DNA of 64,000 nucleotides from Candidatus Poribacteria bacterium. GTDB lineage: Bacteria > Poribacteria > WGA-4E > UBA9662. The notes below the pieces were generated by a model that saw nothing but the letters and a program-made list of their open reading frames with translations, was not told the origin of the DNA and searched no databases. Where the stretch lies: positions 1 through 64,000 of the forward strand of contig JAYGDX010000089.1 in the NCBI GenBank assembly GCA_046582655.1, read 5' to 3'. The position numbers and the translations under genes were made by a program. Each line of letters opens with the position of its first letter. The first letter of the stretch is position 1. Below, piece after piece: positions 33,857 to 44,740 of the stretch.

Positions 33857-36256
33857 TTATACTATGTCAAGAGAATTTTTTAATTCTTGAAGCCGACGAC
33901 TAATTTTTTGCTTGTCAATTCGGTTCCCGTCAACGTATTCCCTTAACTCATGCGGCAAATTTGGTGGAACCATCGACCGGGAATTTGCTTCACGAAGTGC
34001 CAAAAGTCCCATAAATTCGTTCATCTCAGGTGAATGTTCAGGAACATAGTCGTCCATGGTTCGATTTAGATCTTCTTGGGACACAACCTCACGTTCATGC
34101 CGTTTGGCAAGGTTATAGCTTCTCAGCACAATACGTTCAAGATCTCCACCGCTCAGTCTACGTGTCGCTCGGTTAGCTTGGCTAAAATCAATGCCATCAA
34201 CGGAAATCTGATGTTTTCTGAAAAGTTTCTCCAGAATATCAGCACGTTCCTGACCGGTTGGCCGCAGCAAAATTAATCGATGATCAAAGATACCACGTTG
34301 TCGAAACACCGGATCAATGGCATCGGGGCGGTTTGATGCACCAATCCAGAGAATTTTACCGTGGTATTCTGGATCACTGATCATATTGGTCAGTTCAGCG
34401 GGCAACATACTGTTTGGTGTTTGCACGCCATTACTAACATGTGGGTTGCTTACCAAATCGATTTCGTCTACAAAAACAATTACCGGTATTACGGCTTGAA
34501 CAAAACTAAGTGCCATCCTTAAATCGCTTTGATACGATTTTCCATCACCCGCCATTGGTCTCTCAATACCAATCCATTCCCGTGGACTTTTAAGTCGAAC
34601 AAATGTCAATCCACTGTATCTTGCAATCATCTGAGCTAACAAGGTCTTACCGGTACCAGGTGGTCCTAGCAACAACAACCCCCGCGGTGCACGCTTCAGA
34701 TCACCTTGATGGATAGCGGACATGATATCTCTCATTATCTCACCAACGTGTCTCATACCACCGACCACTGAGCGATCGTAGGGAGTCGGCACAACTTCTA
34801 GTAGACCTCGACTGTGAGTCTCGACATTCTCACGTCGATACTGAGCAATTAGCGTTGGAGTAATCGGTTCACGCACCTCCTCTGCTCGCAAGGCAACGTC
34901 ATGGATACCAAAGAGGGTAAGACCTGCGGTATCTCGGGCAGCTTGTTCAATCGTTAAATCTGGGTGAAGTTTTATCTGTGTCGTAATTTGCGCTCGTGAA
35001 TCTGGATTGGTCTGAACAGGCAAGCTGATCAAGTGATTAATAAATTCAAATCGATCATTGTAATCCGGAAAAGGAATTTCCACTACCGGCACATCACTAT
35101 TTTTCGTCAATACTGGGTGGACATCGGTGATATCATGTGCTACCATCAAGAAAAGGTGCTTTTTCAGTCTTATATCGAAGTCCGCTGCCCACCTCTGCAA
35201 TGTATCCAAAAACGTCGTGGTCTCTTTTGGGAGTACAGACATTTCCCCACTTGGCGCGACTTTCTCTGTATAGAACATCACCAACCCAACCTTGTATCTT
35301 ACAGTATTGAAAAGTGTATTAAGCTGATTTAACCAATCAGAGGTTATTGGGAGCTTACCAGAGCCAATGAAGGGGTCTTCATGCATCTTCTCGTGAATTA
35401 CACCGGAGTTGATTTTCGTGCGATGCGGGTCAACTTCACGTTCAGAAACAATCTCCCACTGAGCATCTTCAATTTCTACCGGATTACCACTCGAGTCCTC
35501 GCCAGCAAGTTTGAATTTATAGGGTTCCCTTGGTTTTATCTCTCTTGGCATTTCCTCAAATTTGATTTTGGTAAGTTCCCCAGGAATAACTACGATCTCA
35601 TCAGACTCAGCATTCACATTATGTACTTGAACAGTGATCTTGCCCTTGCCTGCCTTTGAAGCAGTAAAAACACCATCAGGGGTTATGTCACCAATTCCTC
35701 CTTCAACTTTCCAGCGCGCCTGTTGAATCCCAATTGAACGATTCGATCCGTCAAAACCGGTTAATTTTAGCCGGATTTTTTGACCAGATTCTATTTCAAA
35801 TTGTTGAGGTGAAATTTCAAGCTGCTCAATCTGGTCATCCGTAATACGGAACCGTGGTGATTCGGTACGCACATTGCCAACTGAAGCACGGATTCGCCCT
35901 AGCCCCAGTTCCTCTGCTATAAACGTTCCCTGCCCATCAAATTGACCGACAGAGGGTAAACCCCCCTGCATCTCACCAACCCATTTAACATCCTCACTAA
36001 CCAACCCAAGTGAACGTTGGATCCATTTCCAATGGTCTATTTGCGGCCAAATAATTCCTTGTGAAGGTGTATACCCAAGAACAATATCACACCCAACCAT
36101 ATTCAATTGTTCCATGAGATAATAGAATATGGGTAAATACCCATGTTCCGCGTCTTTTGCCAAGTCATATGTATTATAGTGAAGCATAAACATATGGGCA
36201 GAACCTGCTTTGTACTCTTTGGCAATCCTATCAAAAAAGCTGGGCATTTCCCTCAT
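33857..36256 (-). CDS. AAA+ ATPase (SpoVK/Ycf46/Vps4-like) with internal Ig-like insertion
   Basis: Walker A GPPGTGKT, Walker B VFVDEID, ASNRPDAID...R.G.FD; degenerate N-terminal AAA-like region; beta-rich insert at aa ~135-272. Confidence 0.85.
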   Translation of the reverse strand: MREMPSFFDRIAKEYKAGSAHMFMLHYNTYDLAKDAEHGYLPIFYYLMEQLNMVGCDIVLGYTPSQGIIWPQIDHWKWIQRSLGLVSEDVKWVGEMQGGLPSVGQFDGQGTFIAEELGLGRIRASVGNVRTESPRFRITDDQIEQLEISPQQFEIESGQKIRLKLTGFDGSNRSIGIQQARWKVEGGIGDITPDGVFTASKAGKGKITVQVHNVNAESDEIVVIPGELTKIKFEEMPREIKPREPYKFKLAGEDSSGNPVEIEDAQWEIVSEREVDPHRTKINSGVIHEKMHEDPFIGSGKLPITSDWLNQLNTLFNTVRYKVGLVMFYTEKVAPSGEMSVLPKETTTFLDTLQRWAADFDIRLKKHLFLMVAHDITDVHPVLTKNSDVPVVEIPFPDYNDRFEFINHLISLPVQTNPDSRAQITTQIKLHPDLTIEQAARDTAGLTLFGIHDVALRAEEVREPITPTLIAQYRRENVETHSRGLLEVVPTPYDRSVVGGMRHVGEIMRDIMSAIHQGDLKRAPRGLLLLGPPGTGKTLLAQMIARYSGLTFVRLKSPREWIGIERPMAGDGKSYQSDLRMALSFVQAVIPVIVFVDEIDLVSNPHVSNGVQTPNSMLPAELTNMISDPEYHGKILWIGASNRPDAIDPVFRQRGIFDHRLILLRPTGQERADILEKLFRKHQISVDGIDFSQANRATRRLSGGDLERIVLRSYNLAKRHEREVVSQEDLNRTMDDYVPEHSPEMNEFMGLLALREANSRSMVPPNLPHELREYVDGNRIDKQKISRRLQELKNSLDIV

Positions 36257-36666
36257 CTTAATCCTAGGGTTTCATTGTCCTTATCATAATAGCATGGCCA
36301 CTATCAATTAGCAAGACTTTGCTTACGCTCGTTTAAAGAGTTTAACCTTCTAAAGTGAGCTAGATTCTGACCAAAGGAATTAGCATACTAAAGAAGAAGA
36401 TAGAGAGCCTGGATTCGAAGTTGCTAGGATTATCCAGCTCGAAAAAATTGCACCTCCGAACCCTGAACTACTCTCCCAAACTCAGGATTCAGGGCAACTG
36501 GTGGGTTGGATAACAACTCCAATTCCCTAAAAGATGATTCAAGAATTACCAATGCCTGGAATGCTACTAGGACTCATTGAGGTTGGGAATAAAGTCCAGA
36601 GCATCAAGAAATTGCTGATATCCCCTTTATCGGTCCTCGAGCACATTACCTGTCACGAATTAATAG

Positions 36667-37537
36667 ACCTCTTGCAAAAGTAGAAAGAAATGCTAGAATG
36701 AAAGATGGGATACCAAGAGATAAAAGATAAATCAGGATCAGATTATAAGCGATTGACTGGAGTTAGCCCACAGACCTTCCATCAGATGCGACAAATGTTA
36801 GAACAGTCCCAACCTCGGAGGGAACGACCAGCTAAACTGAGTTGTGCCGATCAATTGTTAATGACCTTGATGTACCGGCATGAATACCAGACTTAGTTTC
36901 ACCTTGCCCAAAGCTATCGCCCAAGCGGAGCCACTGTTTGTCGCACCATAGCGAAAGAGGAAGACTGATTGATACAATCAGAACAGTTCCGATTGCCGGG
37001 TAAGAAGAAACTGCTAGAGAGTGACAAGCAAATTTAAGTCTTGTTAGTAGATGCCACCGAGCAACCAATTGAACGGCCGAAAAAAACAAGGACAATATTA
37101 CAGTGGCAAAAAGCGGCATACGCAGAAAGCACAATTGGTGATAAATTTAGCCTTCCGACAGATCCTGTTCACCACTTTTGACAGCGGAAGGAAACATGAT
37201 TTCCAGTTGTTTAAGAACAGCTAGACAAAGATTTAGAGGACAACTCTGTTGTTTGTCTGATTCAGGTTACCAGGGACTATCCAAGTTGCATAGCAACAGT
37301 TGGTTGCCAAAAAAGCAATCCAAACATCGGCCCCTGAGCCAGAAGGGGGAAGCCTCTAATAGAGATTTAGCCCGAGGCCGTATTTATGTTGAACATGTAA
37401 TTGGCAAGTTAAAAGTCTTTGGCATCCTGTGCCAGCGTTATCGAGACCATCGCCGGTGTCTTTCACTACTGCTTTAACCTGATAGCTTCTATCTACAATT
37501 TGGAACTCACCCTTAAATGCTGATTTAGGCAAGAGGT
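36667..37537 (+). mobile_element. IS5-family (ISL2/IS702-like) element with inactivated transposase
   Basis: YKRLTGV...TF, RPAKLS..DQLLMTL.Y, RPKK at an A7 run, YSGKKRHT, DSGYQG, RIYVEHVIGKLKVF; inverted-repeat core ACCTCTTGC (36667-36675) / GCAAGAGGT (37529-37537); internal stops. Confidence 0.85.
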
Positions 37538-38381
37538 TAAATGTTGTTTCTTACTGAATTTAGCTAGATGCTTGAAATCTCACCCACGCTTTCAATTCAA
37601 TTGGATGCATCAGTTGAATTTGGCGAAATTATGGCCTCGGCACTTGAAATTTCTCTTAAAAATTTGCCTAATACAGAATTGCGCCCTACAAGAACTTTTC
37701 CTACCATGTAACAGATACAGTTGTTGTACTAGGTTCGCGAGTTTTCTGCGCACTGATTGAGGATGTACTGATTGTCAGCTTAGGTTAGACTTCACAACTA
37801 TCAAATCTTAATCGCACACTATCGAATAAAGCTTCCAATGATTTCCTGCAAATCGTGGACCATGTACATGACCAATCAGTTCCTTGGTGCAGGGTAAGTG
37901 GACCTGAGATTGAACTTAAAACTCAAAATCGATATCGCCTGTTTATTTATTGTTGCAATTTCCTCGCTTGCTTTAAGTCCATCAGTTGTGCCGATACTCT
38001 TAGTGCCCCTACCGCACGACGACGAACACCAACAAATTAATCCTGTAATGTTCCGATCAAAGCATAAACAACACCTACTTTATCCTCTTTCTATTTCTGC
38101 TGATTACTTAATGCAAAAGTGCCTCTTGTTTTCCAAAAAAGTGAGGTAGGGAAGGATGCGTGTTAGCAACGATAGCGAAATCAAGATATCAAGATATAGC
38201 TCAAAGATACCAAATGTATTGGCAAATCAGATAGCCACAAGGCGAAACTGGATCAGGATCTTAACGTGCGACTGAAATCAAAACAAAATACACTGTACAT
38301 TAAGATCTGTAACAGGGAAGACGATTAGGCGTTTGCAGTCCGTTTCACTAACTCTTCAGGTAGACTAATTAAGTAGATCAG

Positions 38382-39512
38382 TTATGAGGGATCAAGATAG
38401 AATTTTTGGAGCAGTTTAAGCTGATGCGATGATATTTCGGTTGGCAGTTTAACTCGGAGTGTTACAAGTTGATCTCCAGTATCCGTTCCTGCTTCATTCG
38501 GAAGCCCTTTACCAGAAAGTTTAAATTTATGATTGGGTTGTGTTCCAGCAGGGACATCAATATGGATAAAATCATCAAGCGTTTGTACCGAGATCTGTGT
38601 CCCCAAAATAGCATCAATAAAATCAACCCCCATTTCACTATGGAGATCGTTTCCGTGTCGCGAGAGGTATGGATGTTCTCGAATCCGGACTTTCAGAAAT
38701 AAATCGCCGTTTGGACCATTATGTAAACCCGGTTCCCCCTTACCAGAAATCTTTAAGCGAGTGCCGTCCTTAATACCTGGTTTTACAGTAGCCATAATTT
38801 TGTGTTGTCTCTCAATCCTACCGGTTTCACTACAATTGAAGCAGGGAATTCCTTTGTCATCGATGTTATCACAGCAACTGGGACATATACGTTTAACATC
38901 AACGTTTCCCATTCTCACCTCGATAGTACCAGTTGCTGCACATCTTCGGCACCCCCGCGAGTCAATGGCTCCTTGTCTCCCTATACCATTGCAGCGAATA
39001 CAGGTTTCGTGAATGGTCACAGGGACCATAAACTGTCCACCTTGTAAAACATCTTTTAGGTCTATCTCAAGAATCTGCTGAACGCTTTCACCACGCACGG
39101 GTCTTTTTATTTTTGTTTTCTGACTTTCTGATTCGGTGAAGAAATCATTGAAGAAATCTGAGAAGGAAGCACCCGAGAATTTCCCTCTTGTTCTTGCGCG
39201 TGCAGTCGAAGTTGGAGGTTCGTTGGTCGTTCGTGCTTGTGGCTTTGACCTTGGAGAAGATTGGTAACTATGTTTAGCAGACGGTGGTTTTGCCTTGTTT
39301 TTACTAGTAGAATAAGACTGATCGTATTCTGCTCTTTTTTCCGAGTTTGAAAGAATGGCATACGCTTCTGAGATGCGTTGGAATTTATCTTCAATGCTGA
39401 AGTTATTAGGATTTTTGTCGGGATGGAATTCAATCGCAAGCTGACGGAATGCTTTTTTGATCTGGTCAAGCGTAGCAGACGTTGAAACCCCTAGAATTTT
39501 ATAGTAATCCAC
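38382..39512 (-). CDS. dnaJ: DnaJ-class chaperone
   Basis: DYYKILGV, HPDKN, four CxxC zinc-finger repeats (partly degenerate), GDLFL, GTQP; may be a paralog. Confidence 0.8.
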   Translation of the reverse strand: MDYYKILGVSTSATLDQIKKAFRQLAIEFHPDKNPNNFSIEDKFQRISEAYAILSNSEKRAEYDQSYSTSKNKAKPPSAKHSYQSSPRSKPQARTTNEPPTSTARARTRGKFSGASFSDFFNDFFTESESQKTKIKRPVRGESVQQILEIDLKDVLQGGQFMVPVTIHETCIRCNGIGRQGAIDSRGCRRCAATGTIEVRMGNVDVKRICPSCCDNIDDKGIPCFNCSETGRIERQHKIMATVKPGIKDGTRLKISGKGEPGLHNGPNGDLFLKVRIREHPYLSRHGNDLHSEMGVDFIDAILGTQISVQTLDDFIHIDVPAGTQPNHKFKLSGKGLPNEAGTDTGDQLVTLRVKLPTEISSHQLKLLQKFYLDPS

Positions 39513-39739
39513 AATTCAAGCATCCATGTATAGTTACTTTAGTTTTCCAAGGTTGCATAGTATACAAGATTACAGACTAAACATGTAAACGTTATTTGCC
39601 TTGCAGCACGGCATACATTAAGGAGATATACAAGTCAATTTTTACTATCAATTTTGATTGGCCGTATGCTATCCTTAGAAATATAGACGATTTAAGGTTA
39701 CGAAAGCATAGTTCACGGAATTAAGGGAATATTCGTAAG

Positions 39740-40489
39740 ATGATGTGGCGTACCCAGGCGCGCGCCTTCGCACTCCAGATGCTTTATCAAGTTGAAGTAC
39801 ATCAAGATAGTTCTTCCATCGATTTTACATACTTCTGGAAACAACCAGATATAAATTCGTTAGATGGATTTTATCCGCTTAGTGTATTTCGGTGGTTGCT
39901 GTCCGGAAACACAAGTCAGAAGGAGAAAGGTCAGGAAGATTTCAATCAAAAAGTTATTACCGTTCAAGAAACATTTGAAAATCGGAACAAAGATCGTCAT
40001 AATCCCAACCAAGAATTGGTTGATCTGTTCAAGAATTTATTCTGGAATCGAACTGAAAACGGAGAAGACGAAACGGTCGAAATATCGGCTCATCCGTCTG
40101 AACAGAAACAGGAAATCTCGCTTAAGGCATTTAAAGCGTCAGACGACATCATCGATTTTGCCAATTTATTGGTGCAAGGTACCATTGAACATCTGTCGAC
40201 CATTGACCAATTGATTGATTCGGCTTCAGAACATTGGACACGTAATAGGATGCCACTTACCGATTTGTCAGTTTTACGGCTTGCAACCTATGAGATACTA
40301 TGTCTAGTAGACATTCCTTTTGCCGTCTCAATTAATGAAGCAGTCGAACTCTCCAAAATCTTTGGCACCGACGATTCCCCCAAATTTGTCAATGGCGTTT
40401 TGGATAAAGTTAAGGAACTGAGTTCCACAAATCATATCCCACTCAATCGATTGGAAGTTAGTTCCAACCAGAATGAAGAAGAGAGATAA
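39740..40489 (+). CDS. nusB: Transcription antitermination factor NusB with large internal insertion
   Basis: R..AR..ALQMLYQ; W...RM...D..VLRLA.YE...[25 protein letters not shown]. Confidence 0.85.
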   Translation: MMWRTQARAFALQMLYQVEVHQDSSSIDFTYFWKQPDINSLDGFYPLSVFRWLLSGNTSQKEKGQEDFNQKVITVQETFENRNKDRHNPNQELVDLFKNLFWNRTENGEDETVEISAHPSEQKQEISLKAFKASDDIIDFANLLVQGTIEHLSTIDQLIDSASEHWTRNRMPLTDLSVLRLATYEILCLVDIPFAVSINEAVELSKIFGTDDSPKFVNGVLDKVKELSSTNHIPLNRLEVSSNQNEEER

Positions 40490-40492
40490 AGT

Positions 40493-42409
40493 ATGGTAAT
40501 ATCTCTTCGAAGATTCTTGCCATTAATGGCTACTGTTTTCTTGTCTGCTAATGTGTTAACCGTCTCTGCCAAAGAGGTGAAATTTGATTTTCAATTTGGA
40601 GGCAAAGGAAACAGTGAAGGTAAATTTTCGGACAAAACGCTGTTTAGCTTTGATCAAGAGGGAGCTATCTACATTGCAGATAACGGCAAGGGAATGAGAA
40701 AAATTCAGAAACTTATGCCAGACGGTACCCTTGCGTTTACAATTAAGAGCGATCCAAAAAAATTTATCTTCGCAAATATCACCGATATGGCTATTGGTAC
40801 TGATGGCAAAATCTACGTTTCAGACTGGAAAATTTCGCCGATTGAAGGTGCAGATGATCCCAAGCTCTTCACCTACGGAGCTTGCATTCACAAATTTAAT
40901 GCCGAAGGTCAGTTCATCGAGACCTATTTCGTTCACCGCTTGACCCATTCAGGGATTAGATTTCTTCCGGATTCGCCATTAGGGGCGATTGTCAAGCGCA
41001 ATTTGACTAATACGTCTCTCCCACTGAACCACCAGTCACTTTCTCAGCATTCCCAGTTTTTTGAAACTGCGTTACCCGCTTTAGATCCTGATGGGCACTA
41101 TGCACTTTTTCTGCCACAAGGAAATACCAAAAGAACCTTTTTTCTCTCAGTTGATGAACAAGAGAATATGTATGTTTTTGATGACGGCAAAATCCGAAAA
41201 ATCTCTGCAGAGGGTTTTATACTGTCAACATTTACGGTAGATCAACCTGGTGCCGGACAGGTCGCTGAAGCCGCTGACATGGCTATTGATCTGAAGGGAC
41301 ATATTTACATTGTCGATCAAAAATTGCATCGCATCCTGAGATACAATGCCAATGGTGAATTCGTTTCGACTTTTGGAAAACAAGGTTACGATGATGGTGA
41401 ATTGATATCCCCTTATCATCTGGTTGTGTTAGCGGATAATTCGGTTCTTGTTGCTGATAAATCTCGATACTGGAAACTATCCTCTTCCAAGTTACCAACT
41501 CGTATGAATGATCCACTAATGACTCCTAAGTTTCAGCAACTTGTTAGTGTTGGGCGTACTTTTCAGAGTCGTTTTTTGAGAGTTCAACGATTTAGCTCCG
41601 ACGGGAATTTTCTCGAAAAGACTCTGGTTCGTTTTCAACGAGAAGACAAGAGTTTTGCCAATTTAGAATTGAAAGCAATTGATTTAACCGGTAGCCTCTA
41701 CTTTATCAACACCCAATCGTTGCGAGTAAGCAAATTTTCACCAGCCTCACCGTTTGTTAGATCTGCATTGCAAACCGAAGTTCAACTCACATACCACCGG
41801 AACGATGAGGGAACCTGGATCGACAATGAAGATGATTTGGATGCTGACGTTCACCAAGGGGCCGATTATGAACAGGATCTGACCGACAACGGCATAGATG
41901 CCACTGCTATCTTTACATACGATTTTAACGAAGATTTTCGGATTAAGCTAACTAACACTATCGGTTGGAGTGAAACAACCGATGATTTATACTATCGTAC
42001 GCCTGCCTTCGAAGACTTTCGCGGGAGTTTCGTGGCTGACGGTCGAACAGTCAAAGATAGCTTGAGAAATAATATTGTGCTGGGCTTTGAACTCATCCGA
42101 GATCATAATCCCTATACCTATAGGGAAATAGGAGGGGACGTCAACCTGTCAGTCACGAACATGGGGCAGATCAAGTATGCTTTTGACCCAAGTAACAAAA
42201 GTTACCTTGATTTCTCGGCTAGGACTGTTGGCTGGGGTGCCAATGTATACTACGATTTCGGGAGAACCTTTCGACTGAAATTTCAAATCAGAGGATCAAA
42301 CGGTGGTGGAAGTTACACCTACAATGATGAACTCGATATGCTTTACATGACTTTTGCTTCAAATGCTGGGTACACTCAAGTCAAAGTCATGATTGATGGA
42401 GTATTCTAA
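40493..42409 (+). CDS. Exported NHL-repeat protein with probable C-terminal beta-barrel
   Basis: Signal peptide; NHL repeats (G.IYIAD, GKIYVSD, GHIYIVD..LHRI, G..DGEL..P); amphipathic strands at the C-terminus ending in F. Confidence 0.7.
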   Translation: MVISLRRFLPLMATVFLSANVLTVSAKEVKFDFQFGGKGNSEGKFSDKTLFSFDQEGAIYIADNGKGMRKIQKLMPDGTLAFTIKSDPKKFIFANITDMAIGTDGKIYVSDWKISPIEGADDPKLFTYGACIHKFNAEGQFIETYFVHRLTHSGIRFLPDSPLGAIVKRNLTNTSLPLNHQSLSQHSQFFETALPALDPDGHYALFLPQGNTKRTFFLSVDEQENMYVFDDGKIRKISAEGFILSTFTVDQPGAGQVAEAADMAIDLKGHIYIVDQKLHRILRYNANGEFVSTFGKQGYDDGELISPYHLVVLADNSVLVADKSRYWKLSSSKLPTRMNDPLMTPKFQQLVSVGRTFQSRFLRVQRFSSDGNFLEKTLVRFQREDKSFANLELKAIDLTGSLYFINTQSLRVSKFSPASPFVRSALQTEVQLTYHRNDEGTWIDNEDDLDADVHQGADYEQDLTDNGIDATAIFTYDFNEDFRIKLTNTIGWSETTDDLYYRTPAFEDFRGSFVADGRTVKDSLRNNIVLGFELIRDHNPYTYREIGGDVNLSVTNMGQIKYAFDPSNKSYLDFSARTVGWGANVYYDFGRTFRLKFQIRGSNGGGSYTYNDELDMLYMTFASNAGYTQVKVMIDGVF

Positions 42410-42503
42410 GGCTTACAGCACAAGCATAATCTCTTTCGCTCGATCTATTGAGTGTCATTTTCGTTTCGGTTTCTGCCTTAGGTCATGGTTAAAAGAGGTC
42501 GTG

Positions 42504-43138
42504 ATGTCCGAGAAAACACTTGAAGGCAGTATACATGTTCCTGATTTCCCCAAGACATGGAGTGGTTCAATACCGATACTCCAATTTCTCTTCTGAATTT
42601 ACGGGGTAAAATTGTTTCACTTGATTTCTGGACTCTCTGTTGTATTAACTGCCTACACACCACCCCTGATCTCAAAAAATTAAAGGAGAAGTTTTCTGAT
42701 CTTGAAACACTCGAAGCCAAACCTCATGCAGGAACTGGTCGCGAAGCACGGGTAGACGGCAAGTTACTCAAATCCGCGCTTACACAACCAAGCAGTATTA
42801 ATAAATGGCGAGAAACTTTATTTCGCTGATAGCGAGATTAGTTCAATACGTTCTGCCAATATTAACTCAAATGGTGTCGCAAAAACTATTATCGGAAAGG
42901 CCTGTTTGAATTCGATGATGCTGATGGATACTTCTCATCTACCCAATTGCCGCATCCGGTTGATGTCGTTTTTAAAGATGGCGCACTTTACATAGCGGAT
43001 ACATACAATTCGAAAATCAAAACGATTGATCCAACCAAACGAGTCGGTAATTCATTTGCGGGGACAGGTCTACACGGTTATGCTGATGGGGTCAGATTCG
43101 AAAAATTGACCTTGAAACCAACCAAGTTGAAATCATGA
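42504..43138 (+). pseudogene. Thioredoxin-like/NHL-repeat protein (NHLRC2-like), frameshifted and internally deleted
   Basis: PDFP / EWFNT..PISL..LRGKIV.LDFWT.CCINC, then jumps to [39 protein letters not shown] in shifting frames. Confidence 0.8.
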
Positions 43139-43169
43139 AATTCTTCAATTAATTTGGAATTCAAGAAAA

Positions 43170-43955
43170 ATGGCTCTAAAAGGTAAAAACATCGTTATTG
43201 TCGGTGGAACGTCCGGTATGGGGTTGTCAGCGTGTCAGGCATGTATTCAGGCAGGAGCGAAGGTTTCTACCTTTGGTCGCAATGCCGAGAAAGTTGAGCG
43301 ATCCAAAAAAATATTAGGCAATCAAGCAACTATTGCCGTTGGTAACGCCACAGATCCAAATATGGTTTCGTCTGTGATTGATCGGTTCGTGGCCAAGCAG
43401 GGAATAATCCATGGTCTTTATCATGTGGCAGGCGGTAGCGGCCGCAGTATGGGAGATGCGCCACTGCATGAGGTCACAGACAAAGGGTGGTATAAAACTA
43501 TAGAACTCAACCTAACTTCCATGTTTTACTCAAACCGTGCGGCAGTCCGGCAGTTCCTAAGACAGAAAACCCGCGGCTCGATTTTAAACATGGGATCCGT
43601 CCTGGGATTTTCTCCATCCTCTCGTTATTTCGGCATGCTTACCTATGCTACTGCCAAATCAGCTATCATCGGGATGACCAAATCCTCTGCCTCCTTTTAC
43701 GCAGATCAAGGTATTCGGTTCAATGTCATTGCGCCTGCTCTCGTTGATACACCAATGGCAGAACGAGCCTCGACCGACCAAAAAATTATGCAGTACATTC
43801 AAACCAAGCAACCGTTGGATGGTGGGAGGATTGGCTTGCCCTCCGATCTAAATCAGGCGGTGGTATTTTTTTTGTCAGATGCTTCAAAATTCGTAACCGG
43901 TCAAGTTCTAGCCATTGACGGTGGCTGGTCGATCTCGGAAGGACAATATCTATGA
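43170..43955 (+). CDS. SDR-family oxidoreductase
   Basis: GGTSGMG, YATAK, N.IAP..VDTPM, TGQVLAIDGG. Confidence 0.92.
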   Translation: MALKGKNIVIVGGTSGMGLSACQACIQAGAKVSTFGRNAEKVERSKKILGNQATIAVGNATDPNMVSSVIDRFVAKQGIIHGLYHVAGGSGRSMGDAPLHEVTDKGWYKTIELNLTSMFYSNRAAVRQFLRQKTRGSILNMGSVLGFSPSSRYFGMLTYATAKSAIIGMTKSSASFYADQGIRFNVIAPALVDTPMAERASTDQKIMQYIQTKQPLDGGRIGLPSDLNQAVVFFLSDASKFVTGQVLAIDGGWSISEGQYL

Positions 43956-44740
43956 AGCCAAGTCAACAATATATATCTAAGTGCCGCGAAATCATTGATC
44001 TCATTGAGCAACAGTATGACCAAATCAATCAAGTTGCAGACTGGTTTAGTGAAACAATTTTAGCAGGACGCATGGTTCATCTCTTTGGATCAGGACATAG
44101 TCGAATCATGGTGGAAGAGATGTGGCCACGTTATGGATCCTTTCCCGGCTTTAACCCCATCGTTGAGTTGTCGCTGACATTCCATAACAATGTTGCCGGC
44201 ACAAATGGGCAGCGTCAGGCGATGTACCTCGAAAATGTTAGCGGATTCGCTCAACATATTTTGCGTAATTTTGATTTGTCCGAGATTGACTCCGCCTTAG
44301 TTATTTCATCTGGCGGTACAAATATTGTCCCCATCGAAATAGCACAGGGGTTCAAGGGGGCTGGAATGAAAGTCGTAGGGATGGTAGGTGTGCGACATTC
44401 GGAAGCAAGCGAATCTAAACATCCTGAAAACCTCAAGCTCACAGACACAGTCGATTTGATTCTTGATAATGGTGTTCCTCCGGGGGATTCGATGGTACAA
44501 GTTGATGGACTTGACACTCCAGTTTCACCCGGATCAACCGTTGGAGGCGTAGCCTTAATTAATGCCGTTAAGGCTGAAGTCGCTGATCGATTGACTAAGG
44601 CGGGTCATCCACCAATAGTATTGACAGCCTCCTGTCTGGTTGGAAGTGAGCGGGCATCACATCTGTTTGAATCAGCCTATGATGAACATGCGCATCGGAT
44701 AAGTAAACTTTATCAAAAAATAGGAAAACTTAAGGAATGA
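43952..44740 (+). CDS. SIS-domain (sugar isomerase-like) protein
   Basis: HLFGSGHS, ISSGG.N.VPIE, D.ILDN..P.GD, P.ST. Confidence 0.85.
   Translation: MKPSQQYISKCREIIDLIEQQYDQINQVADWFSETILAGRMVHLFGSGHSRIMVEEMWPRYGSFPGFNPIVELSLTFHNNVAGTNGQRQAMYLENVSGFAQHILRNFDLSEIDSALVISSGGTNIVPIEIAQGFKGAGMKVVGMVGVRHSEASESKHPENLKLTDTVDLILDNGVPPGDSMVQVDGLDTPVSPGSTVGGVALINAVKAEVADRLTKAGHPPIVLTASCLVGSERASHLFESAYDEHAHRISKLYQKIGKLKE

Noticed and set aside
36400..36660. Coding-like fragment (FEVARIIQLEKIAPP...) left of the IS
   Set aside because: Contains a stop and has no clear start or family; at most an unidentifiable remnant.
37572..38149. Short ORFs right of the IS
   Set aside because: No motifs and inconsistent frames; no product can be assigned.
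39513..39739. Searched for a CIRCE element upstream of dnaJ
   Set aside because: No TTAGCACTC-N9-GAGTGCTAA match seen.
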